Below, in pieces: positions 63,240 to 64,000 of a stretch of 64,000 bases of DNA. Every line of letters begins with the position of its first letter. The first letter of the stretch is position 1. The DNA comes from Mizuhopecten yessoensis (lineage: Eukaryota). The notes beneath the pieces are model-generated. The model saw nothing but the letters and a program-made list of their open reading frames with translations, was not told the DNA's origin and did no database searches. The DNA is taken from the NCBI RefSeq assembly GCF_002113885.1, contig NW_018406268.1, positions 1,024,880 through 1,088,879 on the forward strand, read 5' to 3'. The translations under genes were made by a program, and so were the position numbers.

Positions 63240-64000
63240 GGGCTGAGATACAATCTGTCCTGGTAACTAACACTGTTTTTGCTAAGTCATCATGATACTG
63301 GGTTATTGACAGTTAAAATCCTAGTGCAGACTAATTCAGTCATTGATAAAGATGTGTCTTTAATGAAAAATAATTTAGAAGCTAATTTCAAGCATTAAAG
63401 TTCCTGATTAATAGATAATGCATTTTTAACAATTTTTTGTGAACTTTGTATAGTACGGAAGAATGTTGACAGATGTTGTTGACCTTTCTCTGTTTCACAG
63501 TTGAAGTAGGGACCAGTCGCAGGCTGAATGTACTGTGTGTTTGTGTAATAATGAATAACATTGGGACCTTTATCCTTGGATCTAAGCAAAAAAAATAGTC
63601 TGGCTGTCCGTTCATCTCAGAATAACTATCATAACATAGGAGTTTCTGTTCATCTCAGTATAACTATTGTGGCATAACATCATCTCAGAATAACTATTGT
63701 AACATAGGTGTTTCACCCTAAAATAATGAAAGAAGAAAATAAGACAGGAATGGTTTAGAGTTTATCTCGCCATCAACAGTATTTGGCTAGACGGAAAGAA
63801 TATTATGAAAGGGTAATTGTTCCGGTGTTGTAAAAAGTTTGGGACAGTTCTATGTGATGTAAAAATTTTGGACATGTGGACTGGTATCTACGCAGGCAAC
63901 ACTCAGGTTTACTTGCTGAAGCTTTGGTCTTACAGACCAAATTGACCGGTTGCCAAATATCTGACAACTGTACAAAACAGCATTGTGATAAACTGTTTTG

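Overview
Eukaryotic, AT-rich, intron-rich animal genomic DNA with two assembly gaps. The repeat families resemble those of bivalve molluscs (inference). Three spliced genes were reconstructed by eye from GT-AG exons. (1) The 3' half of a TOM1/TOM1L2-like endosomal adaptor (+; 1282-11893). (2) A complete STAMBP/AMSH JAMM deubiquitinase (-; 27978-21465), convergent with TOM1. (3) The 5' part of a FAM13-like RhoGAP (+; constant exons 52804-56449), probably head-to-head with STAMBP. Introns hold about 10 minisatellites, Helentron-type non-autonomous elements with internal tandem arrays, a six-copy TTAA piggyBac-like MITE, other MITEs and palindromes, a SINE and a LINE fragment. Most ORFs in the supplied track are spurious. 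No clearly novel system is proven. The best candidates are six phase-0, ATG-containing alternative first exons upstream of the constant RhoGAP exon, a minisatellite born from a splice donor, and an AP-1/TATA-bearing VNTR next to a candidate first exon.
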